A stretch of 64,000 bases of DNA from the NCBI GenBank assembly GCA_030704615.1, contig CM060732.1, forward strand, positions 19,096,001 to 19,160,000, read 5' to 3'. The notes beneath the pieces were generated by a model. That model worked only from the letters and a program-made list of their open reading frames with translations, had not been told where the DNA came from and did no database searches. The position numbers and the translations under genes are program-made. This document shows, one piece after another, positions 35,474-49,299 of the stretch; position 1 is the first letter of the stretch; the number at the start of each line of letters is the position of its first letter. Source of the stretch: Takakia lepidozioides (lineage: Eukaryota > Plantae > Bryophyta).

Positions 35474-36715
35474 CCAAATGTGCAATATCACATACATGCA
35501 TAGGAATATTGACGGTGTTTTTGTGGAATACGTACCGCCCAATATGGCAACTCGTAGAAGATTGAAAGTCGTTTCATGTCGGGCACGTCTACTTCACCGA
35601 CCGTGCCCGCACGGGCCTCCTTCCATCGGTCTTCCCAAAACTGCCCGGATGGTGTCACAGAAGGGGAACGTACCTCCTCTTTGCCATCAAACAAGTGTTT
35701 CTCTCTTCTTCTCCATCGATGGATCATAGGAAGAAACTTGCGGTAGTTGGGATGCACCATCTTGCGAAGATGGCGGGAGCTATATGCATCAACATCATTG
35801 TCATAATGCAAGCACGCATGGTACCCCTTGGTGCTTAGCCCCGAGCAAACAGTCTTGTACACATCCCGTCACATTAGCCAAGACAAGAAGTTCTCATGTG
35901 CATGGCCCATAGTGCCATCTACCACACTACGGTGCACAAGACTGTTGCCGCTACTTCAATCAATCCCAATCCTCATCAATATTATCCGGCCTTGACAAGT
36001 AAATGTACGCGGGTTCTTCATGGGGAACATAATATATCTGGATAATCATACATTGTCCAAAGTAATATGCCTCTCATCTGAAAAGATTGTCCGGCCATAG
36101 GTCAAGTGAAGCATCCAATGTCGGGACCCCCTCCATAGCTCCTTAAGCTCATCAACTAGAAGTCGCAAGTACGTGTCCATGTTTGTCACTTGTTTTTTCC
36201 CTATGAGACATTTACATCATTGTTTCAATGCTCCACCAATATGCAAATTATACTACATAATGAATTACACGTCTTACTCCATGATTATGTCATTCATCAA
36301 TCTTGCATCCGAATTGCGCCAGAGATCATAAGATTAATATAAAGTCCAAGGGAATAATAAGCATGAAATGGGAACACTCACCTGGTACAATGGCAGCCAA
36401 CATGATATGGTCTTTTTTAATTGAAAGATACGGAAGGATGTTGTAATTCACCAAGGTCACTGGCCAAGTGGAATGACCACATGACTGGACAGAATATGGG
36501 TTGACCCAATCCGAGGAGAAGCCGAGGCGGACATGTCGTGGATCCTCTAAGAGAAAAGGCCACAACTCTTCAATATGCCTCCATGCTTGTGAATCTTGTG
36601 GCCCGCACACCTTTCCTAGGGGGCTCCGATGCGAGGCGTGCCATCTCATCAAAGTTGCCAACTCCGGGCTTCGGTAGCGTGCCTTCAATCGCGGGATGAA
36701 CGGAAAGTAATGCAT
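35474..36715 (-). mobile_element. Internal CACTA transposase fragment, inverted close relative of 1-912
   Basis: 35474-36394 is the reverse complement of ~1-912 including introns. 36715-36382 encodes Transposase_21 (HYFPFIPRLK...DSQAWRHI...DPRHVRLG...STWPV.LVNYN.LP). No termini found. Confidence 0.9.
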
Positions 36716-38225
36716 TTTCTAGGATGAAATACCCCACGTCCCCCCACATATAATCATCTCATTAGGACAAAAGGTTATACTACATAGTCACTTGGACCAT
36801 GATATTGGATCAACCAGTCTAGAGAGTCGTTTGGATATGAGTCACATCACATGTTGTTATTTACTTGGTTTTGGGAGCATCTAATTACTACTGATTGTTG
36901 TTGTCATATGTCGTAGCTGCACACCTACTTCCCTTGCAAATGACATATGGACTTTGTTGTCACTTGCCACTAATCCATTTTGCAGTAGCCTGTCCTTGTA
37001 CGATAATTGGTTTGGGTGCAGCCCCTGATATCATTTGTGAGGACTTGCCATTCCAATTTGCAGCTGGCAGTATCATGATAACAGTTGTCCTTGCTCTTTG
37101 ATGTTCTATTTTGTGCATATTGACATGTTAATGTAGCAGACAACTCTATGCGGGTGTCATCTCCAGATTTGCTTCATTGGATTACTTGAACCTGCAATCG
37201 AAGACTCAATGTAGTAGAAGTATGTGTTGTTTAGGGTACTCAATTCTTAGTGGTTAGGCTCTTGTTAGGTCGTTTGTGTTTACTTTAGGATAAGTGTTAG
37301 TCCCTCTCCAAACGGGGATGCACACATAGGGGCGAGAGTTTCCCTCCGTGTGTTCATGTGTGGGCTGCCAAAGGGGCAGTTTTATGGGTTCAAGTCTCAC
37401 CCATGCAAAGCTGGTTGCAAGCACAAGTGGGTGGGGATGCAAAGGTGTGAGTGAAACCGATCTGTCTTACACATTATGCTGGACATCACACCCCCCAAGT
37501 AGTGGGGCTCACATATGTGATTTTGACCCCCTTATCTTTGAGCTGCCACCATGAGCAGAATTCTTGGCCAATTGCCATGATTCTTGCTTTGTTGGATGCA
37601 GGATATCATGTAGATGAGACCATCCCTACTACAGCCCCATCCGATTCCAATCCGTCATCCAAATTCCCAAAAACAAAAAATAATTGTATTGTTTTTTTAG
37701 ACTTGGCCAAAATCAGGCCCCCAAACTCGAACAGTGGGAAATTGTGAAGTTTTGACAGACTGCGCAGCAGGTTGGTCAGTCTTCAAGAAAAGTAAAAAAT
37801 GAGCAAATTACGGTGCTTTTTCGAGAGGGGGGTCCCTTTTTCTGGGTTGGTAAAAACAAAAAGGCCTACGGGTGTTTAAGGGTTAATATTGAAAATTGAG
37901 AGCCACCTGTTTTGGATGTCTAAGCTTTTAGGGATTAAACATTAAGTTAAACTAGGAGCTCCAGGGAGCAATACTCACACATCCAAGAGGATGACCTTAC
38001 CCTATTCTTTCTCTGGAACATGACCTGATTTGCATAATATATAAGACCAAGTTGCACATTACCTTTGGAGTTTGGAGCTCAAGAGGGTAAAACAGGAGCC
38101 AAGCAGGACATGTGTTCGTCTTGAAGGATTTGATCGATCTGACTGATCAGGAAAGAGTGAAATCTTCAACACTTTCTTGCCTTGTTTGCAAAAACCTGAA
38201 GAGCTTCATGATGGCATGAGTGCAG

Positions 38226-39606
38226 GTCTTTCCGGAGGTCTTGGGTGTGCATCATTGATTCCAGCTTTTCTCAAAGGGCAGCCGAAGATGTGGAGTTGAA
38301 TGGTAGCTGCTGATCATTACTTTCAGTATACATGGAATTTGGCTGCATGTAGTTCTGAAATCATAACACCATACCTTCAATTGGCAAGGGCAACATACTG
38401 ATGTACACCTGGACAAGAAGACCAGGTAGTTTGTATGCTGTGATATGCCCTCCAGAGGGGTAGGGAAGAAAGGTCCACATCTTGTGCTTGGCAGCTTAAC
38501 GATGTCTACACCATTAAAGGCCCTGGCGTGTGTAGGGTATTCCATTCCAAAGGGATGGGAAGTCTGGGCATCAGTGGACCCTCTTCATCGGAATCTATAA
38601 TACTTTCCAGAACCTTGGAAGTTTGATCCGTCCCGCTTTGAGGTATTGTAGACCAGGCGCATAATCTCTCTTACTCTCTAGTCAATCTTCTTGGGCTGCC
38701 CACATACAGCAGATTGATGCTTGTGTAAAGGGCTTTCTTGCGGATATCTGGAAAGCCCGAATTAACTGTTTATATCAAGGTAAGTCCCACTACTGGAGTG
38801 AGCCCCTCACAAAGGTAGTGTCCATTCCCTCTTGTTTCCGTACCAACTGGGCGCGGTGGCCACAAAGCTACAGCAAACAAAGTCTTATCAGTAGATTCTC
38901 GAGTCAATCTTCTTGGAGATCAGTCATGTTCCATAATGCATTTTGTGGTTCATTAATGGTCCGGGCCGTATGGCAGGTGCCCCCAAAACCCCACACATTT
39001 GTTCCATTTGGCCACGGAGCACACGAGTGCCCTGGTGGAGAGCTTGCGAAGTCAGAGGTCTTCATTTTCCTCCATTACCTTGTCACTGAATACAGGTGCG
39101 TCAGACACATGGCATGTACCTTTGAGAGATTTTCGCTCGAGGGACTATACTCATCCTTAATGTGGAGAGAGACAGATTTAGCTGTGTAGTCAGGACAACA
39201 TTGAAGTCAAAATTGTGGAGAATAGATAAGAGTGAAACCACAATGTGGATGGAGAAGAGAGAGCCGGATCAAAGGTCAATTGTGAGACGTTGACAAGAGG
39301 GTGCAACAACAACGTACATGAATAGAGATACATTACAGATCCTGACCAGAGTGCCAAAGGGAAGGAATGTAAGCAGATATCAGCTTCTGTCTGGTGCTAT
39401 GAACTGATTCCAAAGGACTGACTGAGGTTTTGACATATGTACTAACCGTGTGTCATGAGATTGTATGTAGGTGGGAGAGAATTGGACCTAATCCACGCCA
39501 TCGGTACTGGGCTCTTGCTCCTCCCAAAGGTGGATATCCATCTGAATCAGCATCTACAAAAAAACCTAGAATACATACCAAGGGATTTGATGTACTGAAT
39601 TGCTAG
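38226..39606 (+). pseudogene. Cytochrome P450 (CYP85-clan-like) 3' exons, disrupted
   Basis: Exons 38226-38302 (K-helix ExxR remnant...AEDVELNG, two 1-bp losses), 38536-38642 (GYSIPKGW...*YFPEPWKFDPSRFE, TAA at 38598), 38977-39095 (FVPFGHGAHECPGGELAK heme motif), 39471-~39606. 5' exons not found. Confidence 0.82.
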
Positions 39607-40209
39607 CCATAGTCGATGGTGAGATACCACTTCAAACAACCACACACGGTGCAATGGGTGGCCTGTGTGGGTATGAAAAGTTCCTGTAATAGAGATTCTC
39701 TTTGCTTCTGCGATCACTATACTTTTGGGGAGGAGTACAGAGTCCGTCTCGGAGGATTGCTAAGATGCTTGAAGACTACATCGATGAACACCTCAAACAT
39801 TAAAATTGTATTTGAAATCAGTGGAAGTTCGTGTAATGAGTCCCCTCCCCTCCAAATTTGGGCAGTCTTTTTTGCGCTCGCAGATAGGGCGAGCCAGTTT
39901 TTACTGAAAATCATCCCTCAGCAATGAAAATTGAGCTCCAGACCTCTCCAGTAAGTACTTGTGCGTACCACCGGTTGCCAAGAAAGCCCTGCTCGCCGCT
40001 TTGGTGTATAGGTGGTGTGGGGTGGGTTCGAACGGCACGAACATGGAGAGGCCTAGAGCAGAACGTGTTTCCATTTCCATATGTAACAGGGATCTCGAAG
40101 TCAGTGAAGAGAAGGCAGCCATCATCTGTATGGGTAGATTGGGACTATGTAGAACACATATGCCCATTGCATTTCCTTGAGATATGCTAGACTTGTCTCC
40201 CGCACACAA

Positions 40210-42580
40210 ATGGCTGAGCTGCGACGAGACCCAATAGTGCAAAGGTGGGTTATAATCTCCGCCCAGCGAGGTAGGAGGCCCTCGGACTTCAAGTCGTCTG
40301 GCAGCCAGCTGGAGACCCCTCGACCAGGTCCATGTGATTTCTGTGGGAATCATGAACACAGAACAACTGCTGAAACATTTGCCTTCAGAGATGGGGATCA
40401 ACCCAATGCTCCTGATTGGCGTGTCCGTGTTGTCCTCAACCATGTATCCTGCGTTTTCTCCAGATTGTGATTGTGGGCCTGTGACTGTTGAGGGTACTGT
40501 CTTTGGAGAATGCTGATTCCCGGATTTGGATCCATGAGGTCGTGATTGAGACACCGACCACGACATTACCCTCGCAGACTTGCCTGTCACCAACATTTGT
40601 GAGGTAAGGTTTTGACAAGTTGAGATAGAGAAGCGTGTTATCTGTGATGTTTTCAAAGTCTACAAAAACGGACTGAAGACGTGCTCGTGCGCAATGATGT
40701 TCTTCCCAAATCCCTCCACCTGCCATAATGGACATTTCCTAGTTAAAAGGCATTTATCCTGCCAGCTGTGCAACACATTTCCAATCCCAATAAATCTTTG
40801 ATTCGAGAAAGTCCATCCAGTGCCAAGGGGATAACGGAGAGAGAAATGCACTCCTGAGACGTTGTTTGCTGTAGCCTTTTTAACCATAGACCCTGCGCCC
40901 AGTGTGGGCGCGGAGAGAGGAAAGAGAGGAAAGATCAAAGCAATATTCAAAGTTTAGTTTTGGCCAAAAGGCAAGCGGCTAAGGAGGCGGCCAGTGAATT
41001 GAAATCAAAAACTGGATTTGAAATCCAAGACATCCTGCAGAGAGAACTATGGATGCGGACAATAATATTTGTTTTTACGCCTAGTCGCATCTTCAGAAAA
41101 CAAAGTGGAAGGCTAGTGACATCCGATGCTCATATTCATGGGGTTATTAGCCCGTTGGACGATGCCATTGTCTTCTCATTCAGACAAACGTTGTTTCAGC
41201 AGTGACCATCAAGTCGAAGATTCGTCTTTTATTTTCTAGAATGAGCTCCCATGCCAAACGCTGACAGCTCAGTGACAAACTCAGCTCTTTTCGCTGAAAC
41301 TCAGGTTGAATGCTCCACTGGTTTCTTGATGATCTCTTCTAGGTACTGAAGGCCTACCAAGTGCGTATGAAACACTTCAGAAAGGACCCTCGCTACAAAT
41401 ACTGTCAGGTGAGGTCCTCCAATCTGGTACTTCTTTTCTAGATGTCCGTGAGGGTGCACTTCTATGTTCTCCGGTGAGCTGTATATGAATTTTGGGCTGA
41501 GTTTCCATGGTTAGAGAGCCTCCAACCGGTTCACTCATTGTGCCCTTCTCTTAAGCATCATTCTCCCCCTTGTAATTCCAGCCAGGTGATGTGAGTGAAG
41601 GGTCTACTGCCAGGCAGTTACAGCAAGCACAAGTTTTGTGTATTTTTTTGCGGTGTCCTGCAGTGTGCTGACAATTTTCACTCTCAAGTGAAACAGGTGT
41701 TCAAGAACAAAGGAAAAGAAGCAGGGGCTTCACTAGCACATTCCCACAGCCAGATCCTGGCGCTCCCCATCATTACCGATAGTGTGGAGGAGGAGCTTCG
41801 AGGCACACAGGAGTACTATGACAAGCACAAAAAATGCATATTCTGTGAGGTCATGGTCCGTGAGAATATGGTCACTAGGAGCCGTCTAATTGATGACACA
41901 TCGCAATTCATCACAGTCGCCCCATATGGACCCCGCTTTCCATATGAAATTTGGTTACTTCCAAAGGGGCATGCATCCAATTATGAAACAATTGGCGAGG
42001 ATGAGGTGAGCTTGCTGTTGAAGTAGTACTTGTGTCACTGTTGCTGCCACATTACTGTTTGGGTCACTGTGTTAGAAGGACAATTGAAGACCTCCAGTAG
42101 GGTAAGCTATGCGAACGCAGAACTGAAAAGTTATAACCTACATTCACAGAGGACCAATGAGTACATCCATTTCTGTTGGATAAATCTGCATTTCATTCTC
42201 AAATGTATTTCTGACAAAGTAAGTGTTTGTTCTTCCAAACCTGAGTGTAGGATGATTGATATATTTGCCATTCTCAATACCAACACACACTACTGGGTTT
42301 GCTTTTCATTTCCACCCTGCAGGTGCAAGGGTTGGCAGAAATACTGAAGCTGACACTGCAGAAATTGGACGCCGCATTCGATCACCCTCCATACAATTTT
42401 ATGATCCAGACTGCTCCCCTAGAAGAGGAATACAGCGAGGTTCCCTACTATCATTGGTATATACGCATTGTTCCACATCTCACTACTGTGGCTGGGTTTG
42501 AACTGGGAAGTGGATGCTACATCAACGCTGTGGCTCCTGAGAAGGCTGCTGAACATCTCCGAAGTGTGAGGGTTGATTAG
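40210..42580 (+). pseudogene. GALT-like / ADP-glucose phosphorylase (HIT superfamily); exon 1 frameshifted (pseudogene or assembly errors)
   Basis: Exons 40210-40603, 41343-41408, 41697-42005, 42323-42580. ELRRDP...WVIIS..RGRRPSDF, CDFC, WRVRVV.N.YPA, FKNKG..AGASLAHSHSQI (HxHxQ), CIFC, PRFPYEIW, YYHWYIRIVPHL..AGFELGSG. Four 1-bp indels in 40441-40560. Confidence 0.88.
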
Positions 42581-44100
42581 TTCTGGAACGATGGTTGCCT
42601 GCCAAATGGTTTTCTGGCAGAGGCTTAAACTCACAATTCCTGTTATGACCCAAGTGTTAGCTCACATTGGCATACTACAGTCCTCAACATTGAAGGACTA
42701 CCACATTGCCTATGAGTGGTGAACAAAGTCCTTCTAGAGATTCAGAGTTTCTGTCTCACCACTACGATGTAATCAGGCACATCGGTAGTGACTATTGCGG
42801 GGTCCGTCTGGCAACTATGGGTGCTGGACTCTAAAGATAGTTCTAACTTTGTGTGCAAATGCAGTGAACTTATGTAACACGTCATGTCAAGGAGGCCCAC
42901 TGTCATGTATATCACCTTTTGTGTGGTTTAAGTTCTGTGAGGTCTCCAACAAGTGCAACACACAGTCCAGATAGCAATACTAGAGGATGGGAAAACAATC
43001 TTCACCTGTCAGATGTCCAACTCTTTATGTCTGTCCTTCTCTTACTCAGGACCTGAGGACCCTATCATCTACATGTGTCTATGCAAAAATTCTCAATATA
43101 GAGGTTGGGCATGATAAAGCTAGGATACTAGCCTTCAAAATCCAATTCTCTCTTATGACAGATCTGTCAATTTGGCCCACGTCACAGTAGGCCTTGTAAA
43201 TCACTGCGTTTACAACTTTCCTGTCTTGTTTGACTAACAGACTTCACAAACTTTACTTTTTTCAGGAAACAATTCTGAGTAAAATAATCTTTGTTACAGA
43301 AGCCTCCATATGAAAACAACACAAGTACTTAAGGAAAACTGGTTGATGGTAGTGCTATTCCTCCTAATAGCTGGTCCAGCCACAAGCAGAGAATGTGTGC
43401 AGACTTTATATCAAGAAACGTAGTGTCTTGGAACAGCAGGCCTTTCCTCTTCCCAAAAGGCATCTCCAATATCCACATCAGTTTAAGCCAATATCGTACA
43501 AGCAGGTGGCCACTAGCCCCCTCAGCACAGTTCAATATCTTGCATTGCAAGGTTGACCTTCCTACCAGGCTTTGCTCTGGGTTTTTAGCAAGAAACTACA
43601 ACTTTTCTCTTCCAAGGTAGCACACTAGTTCAGGGCTTGGCAGCAGACAACTACAAGATGATTTTAAGCAGAATGACTGAAGCCAACCAGACAGTCAGAG
43701 TCCATTATAGTTGCACATCTGTCGGTTGGAAGCAGCAGAAGAACTTTTTCTGCAAAAATGACACATTCCCACGTTACAAATGAGAACATCATTTGACCTG
43801 AGGGAGAAAAAATACACGGAGAGAGAGGTAATCAGAGCCTCCTGAACATGAGTTAGCTATTACTATATATGATGCTTCTGTTCCATATCCAAGAATTTCA
43901 AACTCTGTTATCTTGCCCACCATCTTCACTTCAGGAATACATCACCACTTCTTGATGGATAGAAATGGATATAGTCACTCCATCTTCCACACTGGCTGAG
44001 CGAATTCTGTTCGACAGTCATGGAATGGATATCGACATTTCCTCAAAAGCATTGCAAAACCTCCTCCATTTGTGACATCCATTGTTGAAGGTCTGGTATT

Positions 44101-46605
44101 TTAGCAACACGACGAGTACCTCCTAAAGGCAGCCTACAAATACTGTGGGAGATCTCTCCCCCAGTTATGCTGCTACCAAACATGAAAACAGTTTGGAATA
44201 CTCAATGTAGGATAATCCATTTTTGTGTTAATGTTGTTGTCAGAAAACCAAATTATGCGCTAGGTACTCACTTGGACCTGGTGCTTTTGTGCCCCGATAT
44301 TTGGGGGCTTATAGAGATCTTCCTCATTCCGGGCTGGGGAGTCAGGCTGTAATGGTGGGATGCGCACAGATCCCCCTGTTTTCTTCTCATTCCGTGCATT
44401 GTTAAATATCACTGTGAACCCATCTCCTGAAGCAGGGTCCTTTGCATCCCAGGCTCCGAACTTGGGTAGCGCTCCAGCCTTCTCCACTAGCTGTCCATTG
44501 GTTTGCAACAGCATGTTCTCAGGCAGCAATTCAAGAGATAAATCTAAACACACAGAAAAAGTGGAATCTATTTATGTGTGGAGGTAATATACTCAAGTAT
44601 ATAAGAGGGGAGAAAGGTATCCACAACTAATATCCAGGTCATATCCAGTCCAATCCTTCAAATTCTTGCAGTCACTTCTCAAAGTTAAAAAGGGGCCATT
44701 CACATGCCTGGCATTTCAACCAGAGGAACCAGCAATGCTGGGATTCACCACGCAACTGTGGTGACTCCTCAAGATCAAACGCGACAAAGACAGCCACAAA
44801 TCTGAGTTAGTTTTCATTTCAGTTGACCTTGCAAGGTCTATGACTCGTGTCATTCAACTATATCATCAAGCATGCACAAGAGGGTTTCTCATGGAACATA
44901 CTGGCTCCTCAGCTCTGGAGTTTCCTGTACGTGGTCGCGACCTGCCAGGTGTACCCGGCGCAAACACCGACCCTTCATCCCCTGATGTTGTCCACTTCTG
45001 AGGCTCCCATGTAGGGGAAACCCCACCAGCTTTACCTTGTCTTCCTTGGTATGACTGCACTGGAGACCAGTTAGGGTTATGGTTTGCTCCCTCTCCATTC
45101 ATTCTTTCAGATAGGTGCATGCTCCCACCTTCCCTCTCCACTTGCTCCTGCCGTGGTGGTGGTGGTGGGCCAGCAGATGTTGCCCTTGAAATACCCCCCA
45201 CTGGGTTACCTCGACCCCCATTACGGGGAGGGTTATCTCCCTGCATGCGAGACTCGCTAAACGATTTCCAGGCTGCAGATTCTCGATGTCTAGCAGAGAC
45301 TTCTGTTTGATGTCGCCCATCACTTTCCTGCCTGCTCATACGTCGATCATGACGTGCACGGGCCATCGGAGTGAGGCCGTCCTCTCGGTCATTGGCATTT
45401 GAAAATCTGGCTGGTGCAGGAAGGTGATCCCCCCCCTTGTTGGAACCCTCAGAGAGGGCAATAGCAGCAGCCAGCTCCGGGTTTTCAGCCGGGTCATTGG
45501 GGTTGATGAATTTCCCAACCTTGCTGGCACGTGCGTGGTCGAATACGGTAGTGTAGGGCAAGGGATCGTTGGTATCCCAACTCCCAAACTTGGGAACATG
45601 GGTCCGATTCTGCCACAAAAATGCAACAGACCTTATCAATAATTATCCTGTAGGTGGAATTTTAAAACTAGAGGCAGACAGTGATAATAAAAAGTAATGG
45701 CAGAAGTATCAGCAAGCATATCATTCCTTACGCATCACTTGTTGCTATGCACAAAAATCAGGAGTTATGGAGGAACTTCTGCTGATGTTACAAGACTTGG
45801 TCATATCACTAGTTTTGGCCAGGTCTGCAAGTACAGAATGACGAAGGTCAGAGTCATCCTCTCTAATAACCTCCAAGAGATGAAGGTCAGAGAGTCACAT
45901 TGTCTGCCTTTCTCAGAATGTCTGTGTTTCAGTCATACGAACACTGCGTACCATGGCTACAGCGGGAGTCTGGGTGTAGCAGGATCCAAAATAAACTTTG
46001 GAATTTCAGCACAATGCACATGCTCAAAGTCCCAATATGGAGAAATTGGATGGGGCCATGCAGTCATCAAAGTCATGGATGTCAGGGACAATATCAATCT
46101 GGGTTGCAAAGTCAGATCTAGGATCAAACCAGCACTCCCCTATGATTGGAGCACATCGGATGGCAATCTTTCACAATCTGCTGGGGTTGTCCTAAGCAGC
46201 TGCTATTAAGAGAAGTCTCAAGGGAATTCAAACCGGTATTTAAGAGGTAATGACAGGCGAGTGGAAACGTAGCAAAATCAGCCACCATTAACGAGAAATA
46301 TTGCTCGAGCCGATTGGTGGAAGTTGGGATACAGCGGAACAAAAGACGAAAGAAGAGGAGACAACGTAGGAGCAGCCTGACAAGAGACAGGTTGTGAAAG
46401 ACACCAGTGAAGCATAGGAAATGCGGCCTTTACTAAGCTGCTCATCCCTCATAAAGCACAGAAGGGTGAAAGCGAAAAAGAGTTCCCAGTACAAACTAAT
46501 GAGGCAGGTGTTGTGGAACAGGAAATCGAGTGCCCTCCACGACTCCACATTACCGTACTTTATCACAATCAGCAAAAAGATGATGGTAGAAATGCTTACA
46601 GCCAT
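44101..46605 (-). CDS. RIN4: RPM1-interacting protein 4-like (two NOI domains), ~321 aa
   Basis: Exons 46605-46600 (ATG GCT), 45609-44902, 44490-44272, 44133-44101; GT-AG, phase 0. N-NOI VPKFGSW...PYTTVFDHAR...INPNDP.ENPE; C-NOI LPKFGAWD..DPASGDGFTVIFNNARNEKK; C-terminal SSCC. Confidence 0.92.
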
Positions 46606-46883
46606 TCCTGAATCTCTTCAGTTTGAAAATTGTCTCCTTGTCGCCAAAACCCTCCGAATCGAAAGCTGTGAAATTGCTTGCTCTTCCTCAGTTTGTCTCC
46701 CGTCTTCACGAAGTTGAAGAAGCCAATAGCCTTCGCCTCACTGAAAATCCCTCTCTTTGTTCCCGGCCAATCACCCCTTCCTCTTTTCTACGCGTATTCA
46801 GTTATACTCTTCGAATACCTGCTCCAGCTCTGCAGCATTTCCACTAGGTGCAGTGGAACGCCAACACTAGAAATCTTCATCCA

Positions 46884-46945
46884 GCCTGAGGCCCTGCCAA
46901 CTATGAATGCATTCGCCTGAGGCCCTACCAACTATGAATGCATTC
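46884..46945. repeat. 31-bp tandem duplication
   Basis: GCCTGAGGCCCT(G/A)CCAACTATGAATGCATTC x2. Confidence 0.9.
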
Positions 46946-47347
46946 GCCCACAGCCAGCTACGCTTGCTGACATTATCTCCGCCTTGGTAGATCAATATGC
47001 AATTCGCTCGTCAGAAGCGTCCGAGGCAAGACAGCTCAGGCAGCTGACACCAGTGGGAAAACTCCCCGCGAATCCCCCTTCCCGCAAGCTCTGAATATCT
47101 AACAAAACATAAACCAAGGCAGAAACCTGGCTATGGCAGAAATTCACGTACCCACCCGACAAAACCAGGCCCCGAGACGAATCACAGAGACGCCCACCGC
47201 TCTAGCCACAAATGCGAGGGAGCTCCAGATACTTAAAGCGATGCTCCATCTCCCAAAGCGCGTGACAAAAACAGCCTCCCCAGCTGCTTGAAGCCGGGCG
47301 GGAGACGGGGGCCGGCAGCAGCTAGACGACGACGACCAGCTGCCCCT

Positions 47348-47541
47348 CTGCCCGCAACGTCTGCCCGCTTCACTCTCCACAGCTCCCTTGTCTGCCCCAC
47401 CGCCCGAACTACTGCCCGCTTCTTTCCACAGCTCCCTTGTCTTCTCCACTGCCCGCAACTTCTGCCCGCCTCACTCTCCACAGCTCCCTTGTCTGGTCCC
47501 ACTGCCCGCAACTGCTGCCCTATTCACAGCTCCCTTGTCTT
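47348..47541. repeat. Minisatellite, ~51-bp unit x ~4, upstream of RIN4
   Basis: Units of CTGCCCGCAAC..CTGCCCGC...CACAGCTCCCTTGTCT starting near 47348, 47399, 47449 and 47502. Confidence 0.85.
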
Positions 47542-49299
47542 CCTTCCCTTCTTTTGGGAATTTGTTCCTGAGCCCATCATCATTCTCCCCCCATTAAAGT
47601 ATTGTCCGCTTTGTTATTATATTATATAACAAGTACATAGTAACTACCACATTCTTCTTCTATTTTGTTTTTTAAGGGACCTGAGTCCAATAGTGTTCAT
47701 TCAATATTTATTTTAACCCAGGTAAAATCTGTATATATATATTCAAAGGGGACAACCCTGGTAAGAGGGGAACAAAATCTAAAACCCTGCAAGGCTATAT
47801 AGTCTCTACATTCTATATTCCACCATTTGAGACAGCAGCCTCTGTCTATAATAATCACAAAATAAAATATTGCGTCCTTCTTTTCTATTTTCCAGACTTG
47901 TATCACATCCATAGGGCGATGAATAATACCATAATGAATGACAGCGGAGGCGAGGCCGTATAAAAGCGCGGCGCTCTGATGGCGCACGTCCGCCCAAAGT
48001 AGCGGCCACACGGAACGGTGCCGGCATTGTCATCCACGGCGCATCTTTGCTCATCCATATGGATGGCGATGAGTGCGTTGAGGGTACTTTCGTCGGATCC
48101 GCCGTAATCCGTTCAGTTTTTGCCGGGAAGTTGGCCGATAAGTGCACAGATGTCGTGAGCAGCACATTGGTACAGGAAAGGTTGATCCCTGCCCAAGCAA
48201 GCAGAAATTATTCACCCTCACAGTAAGGGTGAATACTGTTTGTGACTGTTTGTGATGTAACTGAAGTATGGTTAAGGTTGATTTGAGCTATCATGTAGTA
48301 GTGTTAATGTTTTTGGGATTATTGGACTAGTTGAATTTGCGCATTCCATGTCATTATTCTTTGAAATATTCATCGTGAAGTTATAATGCTAGTGTCAATA
48401 ACCCTTCCACGAACTCATAACTGATGAGGATCTTGACATAGATTTGTCAAAGGCCTCTTCATTTTTCTCCCTTCATTGACAATCAAGTTGTAGCCTAGTG
48501 GTAATGGGCACATATCACCTCAGAAGGGGTTGTGGGATCAATTGTTTACCGAAGGCAGTAGCCGTTCGGGGCCCTAATTTACGCTGCCTTGGGGGAAACC
48601 CTTCACAACCCCATATTTTTTAACTCAGTGTGACCAGGCTTTCTCATTTTCCGTGTAGAACATAGGATATTGGGCATACCAAAACAAGGGCGGAAAGGTG
48701 AAGTTAACACTTAATTAAACTGCCAACTTTGATCGAAGTCTTTTCTTTCGCTTATTGAGTTAAACAGACCATTTTCCACTCTCACAATCGATTTGATTGA
48801 ATTTACCAACCACTACTCAGATCAAGCTATTCATATCAATTGCATGGAATACATGCGACCCCTGCCTTGTTATAAATATGAATTGGTTCTGAAATGATTG
48901 ATATTACACTACAATTATATTAAGTGACTTTATCTGCCAATGTGCCAGAAGAAAAAGAAATGAATATATCGACAAATGAATATGATGTATAAGCATTTGA
49001 GTCATTCATGAAGCTTGTGCTTTGTCACTTTGGCAAATACCAAGTGACCGTTGTTGATTGTTTATGTCTGATGGTTGATTGCTTACAGCTTATGGCTAAT
49101 ATATAAAGATACGAACGTATGAGATTATGACCACCAACACATTGAAATATCGAACATGGAGTAAATATATACAACAGACCATACTAACAACTTGAAACAA
49201 CCTATATATGCTCACTACAAATGCAAAAGAATTTGCAGATGGAATTACAAAATAATATACCCAAGCCCTTTTTGGACTTTTTAACAATTTTGGGTACCC

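Noticed and set aside
39901-40656. 251-aa minus-strand ORF
   Set aside because: Antisense shadow of GALT-like exon 1, with no recognisable motifs.
48209-48235. Perfect 10-bp hairpin TATTCACCCT/AGGGTGAATA as a terminator
   Set aside because: Eukaryotic context and no U-tract; could be chance or TE debris.
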